Shown in pieces: positions 61,601 to 64,000 of a DNA stretch of 64,000 nt (positions are counted from its first letter, which is position 1; each line of letters starts with the position of its first letter). The notes under the pieces were generated by a model. That model was not told where the DNA came from, made no database searches, and was given only the letters and a program-made list of their open reading frames with translations. This DNA comes from Tubiluchus corallicola (Eukaryota; Animalia; Priapulida): contig JAQGDQ010000041.1 in the NCBI GenBank assembly GCA_030141605.1, forward strand, positions 868,001-932,000. Reading direction: 5' to 3'. Both the position numbers and the translations under genes were made by a program.

Positions 61601-63063
61601 ACAATGACTCTTTATTATGACTCAAATCTAAAACTGCTACAGAATAAAGAAGCCATTATTTTTATTAGGTGAACAGGGTTACTATCTCTTTGGCTCACAA
61701 TAAAACACCTTTTGATGCCGCCTAATTGTGTAGTAACCTACTAGCAAGTGCAATCAATAATACATTCTGTTTATAGTAGCACCATGGTACACAACATACG
61801 TGCAGCTGTCGTTGCTACATACCACTTCACGATGTTAAAATATATCACAAGCAATATGGTATCCTGAACGAACTATTGATTTTGTTCTTTCTGATAATCA
61901 GCCAACTCAAATTCTTAGTAAGCAGCTGAATGTATGCAAATTAGCATGAAAAAGTGCTAAAAAGTTTTCAGACACTGCAAACTGTAACCAAAGAATGAAC
62001 ATTTCAACTACACATATATACAACACATGAATGTCAAACAAGTAGTTAAATTATAGATATATAGGGACAGACATCATCTTTATTTATCACATATTTACAT
62101 GTCGTATATGATACAAAAAACACAGATAACTTAGCAGATATTTTCAAAAGAAAAACACTGATTATGGTGATATATGGTTATACTCACAATTGGCAGGTCA
62201 ATTAATTTAAATGAATTTTATCATTTTTATGAATACATTGCTCTTAACTAGGATTTGAAGAAAATTCTCTGGGTGAAATTACAATGCAGTGTTGTTTCGA
62301 TATATTTGACAAATACCTCCAAGGTTATCTGTCAAGTTAAATCCTTTTCAATGTGGCTTTTCAATTTTTTTCTTGATGTAGCTCACATATCGTAGTGACA
62401 TTTATGAATGATTGTTAAATGCTTGTTAAATTATTATCAAATCAATATACTGTTACGCTGCACTAGATTACAAATGTCAGGCTTTGTGTGAGCATATGTT
62501 TACTGATCAAACACTCATGGTTATTCATTATATTCATCATGAAAGAAGATAAACACTGTAATGTATTTGGCAAATGAGGTGAGTTACCAAGACCTTATGC
62601 CTTTTGCATAGACCAAGACTTTGCAACAAGCTACTGTAAAAACTGAAAACAACTGCAAAATCAATTACACAAATTTTGCATGTACATCATCTGCTAATAA
62701 TCATCGCAGAAATGTCATCAGTTAAATAGCATACGCTACTATAAGTAGTGATACCAGTGCATGCCTACATGATATGTATGCACATGTTTTAGTGAATAAA
62801 AGCTACAAAGCACAAATCCAACTAAAACATTATTTGCCTAACTTTTTTTTGGCAACACCAAAATTCTTACGTTTCTTGCCGCAAGTTTTTCCAACGGCCG
62901 ACGGCAAAAGCAAGCTGATTACAAGCATAATGTATCAACAGGCGTGCCGTGTGCCATCTATACCGAGCAATGCTGACTTGTTGACGTCTCTCACTCAGCA
63001 TGTTCAGCTCAGATTCTAACTTGTCTTCCTTCTCGCTTCCATATTCTCCATCAAAAATTTCAC
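52643..63063 (-). CDS. Uncharacterised helical/coiled-coil protein, 5'-partial, 9 exons in window
   Basis: Exons 63063-62871, 60966-60864, 59576-59421, 59007-58857, 58269-58139, 56656-56584, 54479-54340, 53163-53049, 52686-52643; all GT-AG and phases chain without stops (GEIFDGEYGSEKEDKLESEL...FPYCGPSEVDTL...VFTDMQ...HKRCAALLYWF..VINTSITKDL...PSQQDIFGNIENLKKQHEEEM...). Last exon least certain. Confidence 0.85.
53612..54019. mobile_element. hAT (Charlie-like) MITE
   Basis: 8-bp TSD GATTATAG (53604-53611, 54020-54027); TIR CAGGAGTGTCCAAC / GTTGGACACCCCTG; subterminal GGCCCGC repeats. Confidence 0.92.
59259..59318. repeat. Imperfect (GAT/GGT)n microsatellite
   Basis: Directly visible, intronic. 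Confidence 0.85.
60275..60544. mobile_element. Small MITE
   Basis: Inverted termini CAGGGGTACCAGAAG (60275-60289) / CTTCTGGCACCCCTC (60530-60544), 13/15 match; no clear TSD. Confidence 0.55.
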
Positions 63064-64000
63064 CTAACAGAATGAGATTAATTTGTATTAACTTTTTCAT
63101 GACAATACTTGCCAAAACATTTGGTCTCTTTATTTGTTTGTATATACAGGGTTGTCCAAACAAAACAAAAATAAAAAGTCAAAATGCGCAAAATCTTAGC
63201 GGAATAACAATGAATATATATATTCTATACATAAGAAAAAAATTAGTAGTGAGTTTCATCTTTTATTTTTGTTGAACTTTTAAAAAATGTGATGTGTAAA
63301 ATTGTATTTCTATAAGAAATAAAACAAAATTTTTCCCAAATTTTATGTTTTATATGAAAAAATTCAGCTTTTGATATTAACATAACTCAGAAAAAATTTT
63401 CTATGTAGTTTCCTTCCAGATCAATTACTTTACAAAGCCTAGATTAGAATTGGTCAATAACTGAATTACTCTCATTCTGCTGAAATTTAACCCATACTTG
63501 AAGTAAAACCTTTTTCAGTTCAGGAACATCAGTGATTTCTCTTACTTTATAAACTTGCAACGATAAGTTCTGCAAAAGCTTAAAAGAGGATTTAAGTCAG
63601 TGCTGTTTTCCAAGCTAAGCAGATAAAGAGACATCAAAAGCTGGATTTAATTTTTCATTTAAAACAGTAAGTATTGTAAAAAAATCTTTCCTTTGTTATG
63701 GAAACAATTTTAAACATCACATTGGTAAACGGTTCAGCAAAAATAATACATAAATGTACAAGTATTTTTTGTGTAAATTTATAAAACGTATATGTACATG
63801 TATATTCATTGTTATTCTGTTAAGTCTTTCTTGACTTTTGACTTGTAATTTTTGTTTTATTAACAAATTTTTAGGTAATGTCTTTTATGAATAACCCTGC
63901 ATACAGTATTTCATATATATATATATATATATAATACTGATATATATCAATGTCCACTTAACTCTCTGCAAAAACTAAACAAGAATAGTGGTGCTTGATT

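Overview
AT-rich, intron-rich animal (invertebrate-looking) nuclear DNA. Most of the supplied ORF track is spurious; the real genes had to be spliced by hand from GT-AG exons. In order: (1) 3' part of a GPI-anchored membrane dipeptidase (peptidase M19, DPEP-like, +, 946-8514, 5' exons outside the window); (2) a tRNA-Arg(UCG) gene at 13556-13628; (3) complete BAG1-like co-chaperone (-, Ubl + BAG domain, 17588-22752, probable first exon near 27000-27050); (4) complete MTERF3 (-, 29722-34559), head-to-head with (5) a MIF4G-domain SLIP1/MIF4GD-like gene (+, 41140-48789); (6) 3' part of an uncharacterised helical/coiled-coil protein gene (-, 52643-63063, continues past the window). Introns and spacers hold decayed RTE, CR1 and L2 LINEs, several MITEs with visible TIRs/TSDs, an 82-bp tandem repeat and microsatellites. 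No CRISPR or prokaryote-type system is present, and I cannot claim a demonstrated new biological system. The best leads are a spliced BAG1 leader that is in frame with the main CDS except for one UGA (it resembles a mitochondrial presequence), and a composite transposon (Helentron-type element nested in a modular foldback element) present in two copies. All family assignments come from motif recognition, not database searches.
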